The notes beneath the pieces were generated by a model. The model searched no databases, was not told the origin of the DNA, and was given only the letters and a program-made list of their open reading frames with translations. DNA of 64,000 nt from the NCBI GenBank assembly GCA_963705255.1, contig OY970061.1:1536001-1600000 (forward strand). The letters are read 5' to 3'. Positions 62,818 to 64,000 of this stretch are shown in pieces. The stretch comes from an uncultured Methanoregulaceae archaeon. Its GTDB lineage: Archaea; Halobacteriota; Methanomicrobia; Methanomicrobiales; Methanospirillaceae. Every line of letters starts with the position of its first letter. The first letter of the stretch is position 1. A program made the position numbers and the translations under genes.

Positions 62818-63204
62818 CTAAAACATCGTATTATCGTTCGCCGGGGTCTCCGGCACCTCCTGCAGCACATCCCAGTGCTCGACCACCTTGCCGTTCTCCA
62901 GCCTGAAGATGTCCATCACGGCCATTCCCCGGTCGCCCGCGTGCCGGACGAGGTGGCTGTGCACGACCACGAGGTCTCCCTGTGCGACGATCCGTTTGAA
63001 ATTGAAATGGAGCGTAGGGAATGCCTTCACAAATTCCCTGACGAACGCGATGAATGCTTCGGCGCCGTCTCCTGCCCCCGGGTTGTGCTGCCGGTAATAC
63101 GGTCCCATGAACTTTGCCACCGCCTCTTCCGGCTTCTTGAGGTTCAGCGCGAGGTTGTAAAAATCCCGCACTGTCGTCTTGTTGGTCTCCGGCTGGTCTT
63201 TCAT
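62818..63204 (-). CDS. SnoaL/NTF2-like protein
   Basis: YRQHNP, AQGDLVVVH, DIFRLENGKVVEHWDV. Confidence 0.88.
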   Translation of the reverse strand: MKDQPETNKTTVRDFYNLALNLKKPEEAVAKFMGPYYRQHNPGAGDGAEAFIAFVREFVKAFPTLHFNFKRIVAQGDLVVVHSHLVRHAGDRGMAVMDIFRLENGKVVEHWDVLQEVPETPANDNTMF

Positions 63205-63720
63205 GATCTTTCCACCATTACCTGAATATTTTTCATCGTTTTTGAGGACATCCGCAGGGTTTCCCCCGGGAGTCTTTCTCTCAAAGGCATACTCAGGTAA
63301 GGAGGGTATAGGCAGGTCGTCAATATATATCTCTATGGAAATGAACGGAGATACGAGAAGATCCAAGGATTCCTGGTACCCGATAACAGTTTTTTATGTT
63401 TTCAGAATTGCGATTTGTAGCAAACCACCGGTGATACGTAAGAAAAGTCACTCCGACAGACCAAAACCGGAAACAGCGGGAAATGGATGCACATAAACTA
63501 TCCTCCGATTTTTTTGTTCATATGCCCGGTCCCTGAAGAAGAAGGTACCCGGGAATTTCGCTGGCAGGGATCATCTACAGGTAACTATGGGTAGCGGGTG
63601 ACGATCAGCCAGAATCGGCATTCCAAGGCGGGAACAAATCCTGCATCGAAAAATAAAAATTGGTTCCTGCACGGTTCCGGCAATCTCCCTGCATATCGGG
63701 GACGGAGGGCAGAAACCTGT

Positions 63721-64000
63721 TCACCCAATCTGATGGGAGACGGACGGGAAGCTGATCTGGTCGTTATACGTTGCCTGGTACCCATCCGGGAACGTAATGG
63801 TCGTCACATCGGGTGACATGTCGACCGAGATGAGCCCGGCCCACCAGGTACTGCCTGATCGCCGCTTGAGCGTTGGCAAACGAGAATGCCGGGGTCGTCA
63901 TCGTCTCTGTCCCGTTAGACAGGCTGATCGTGGCAAAGGAGGGGATGATTACATCGGCAGAGGAACTGTCCGCCTTCACCACGGTGACCTGCCGGTTCAG
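63721..64000 (-). CDS. 3' end of a beta-rich, probably exported protein (frameshift near 63848)
   Basis: Open from the window edge; removing one base at GGTAC gives ...QYWWAGLISVDMSPDVTTITFPDGYQATYNDQISFPSVSHQIG*. Confidence 0.5.

Noticed and set aside
5716-63851. Mass pseudogenisation or programmed frameshifting
   Set aside because: Both fwdA copies are hit although the enzyme is essential; no nonsense codons or decay; indels track sequence motifs rather than slippery sites
1-64000. tRNA, rRNA, transposase, integrase or provirus
   Set aside because: No such motifs recognised by eye; a tRNAscan/Rfam run would be needed to exclude small RNAs

Overview
Archaeal chromosomal DNA from a hydrogenotrophic methanogen; gene content and GGAGG/GGTGA ribosome-binding sites suggest Methanomicrobiales (Methanoregula-like, inferred). 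About 13.6-51.2 kb is a molybdenum/tungsten (Mo/W) enzyme island. It holds two formylmethanofuran dehydrogenase operons (G-D-B-A-C), two fdhAB operons, three moeA genes, a TusA-like gene next to a single-chain TusB/TusD/TusC-like fusion, a tupABC transporter split by an antisense MOT1-type transporter, a molybdenum-storage-like protein, a TOBE protein and an FmdE-family protein. The left end has a DUF364/FmdE pair, an unexplained operon (two paralogous ECF-S-like membrane proteins, a 63-aa peptide, a radical SAM/SPASM enzyme) and an archaeal type IV pilus locus. The right end has housekeeping and stress genes (lig, nreA, msrA, glycosyltransferase, MarR plus ABC exporter). About 18 single-base frameshifts break otherwise intact genes; most lie at GTAC or AGCT/AGCC-derived sites, which points to methylation-linked long-read errors rather than pseudogenes. 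Two non-coding oddities stand out: a 32-bp-period palindromic array (36253-36569) and a hairpin-dense element (16867-17135). No rRNA, tRNA, CRISPR array or transposase was seen. All family assignments come from motif recognition by eye, not database searches.
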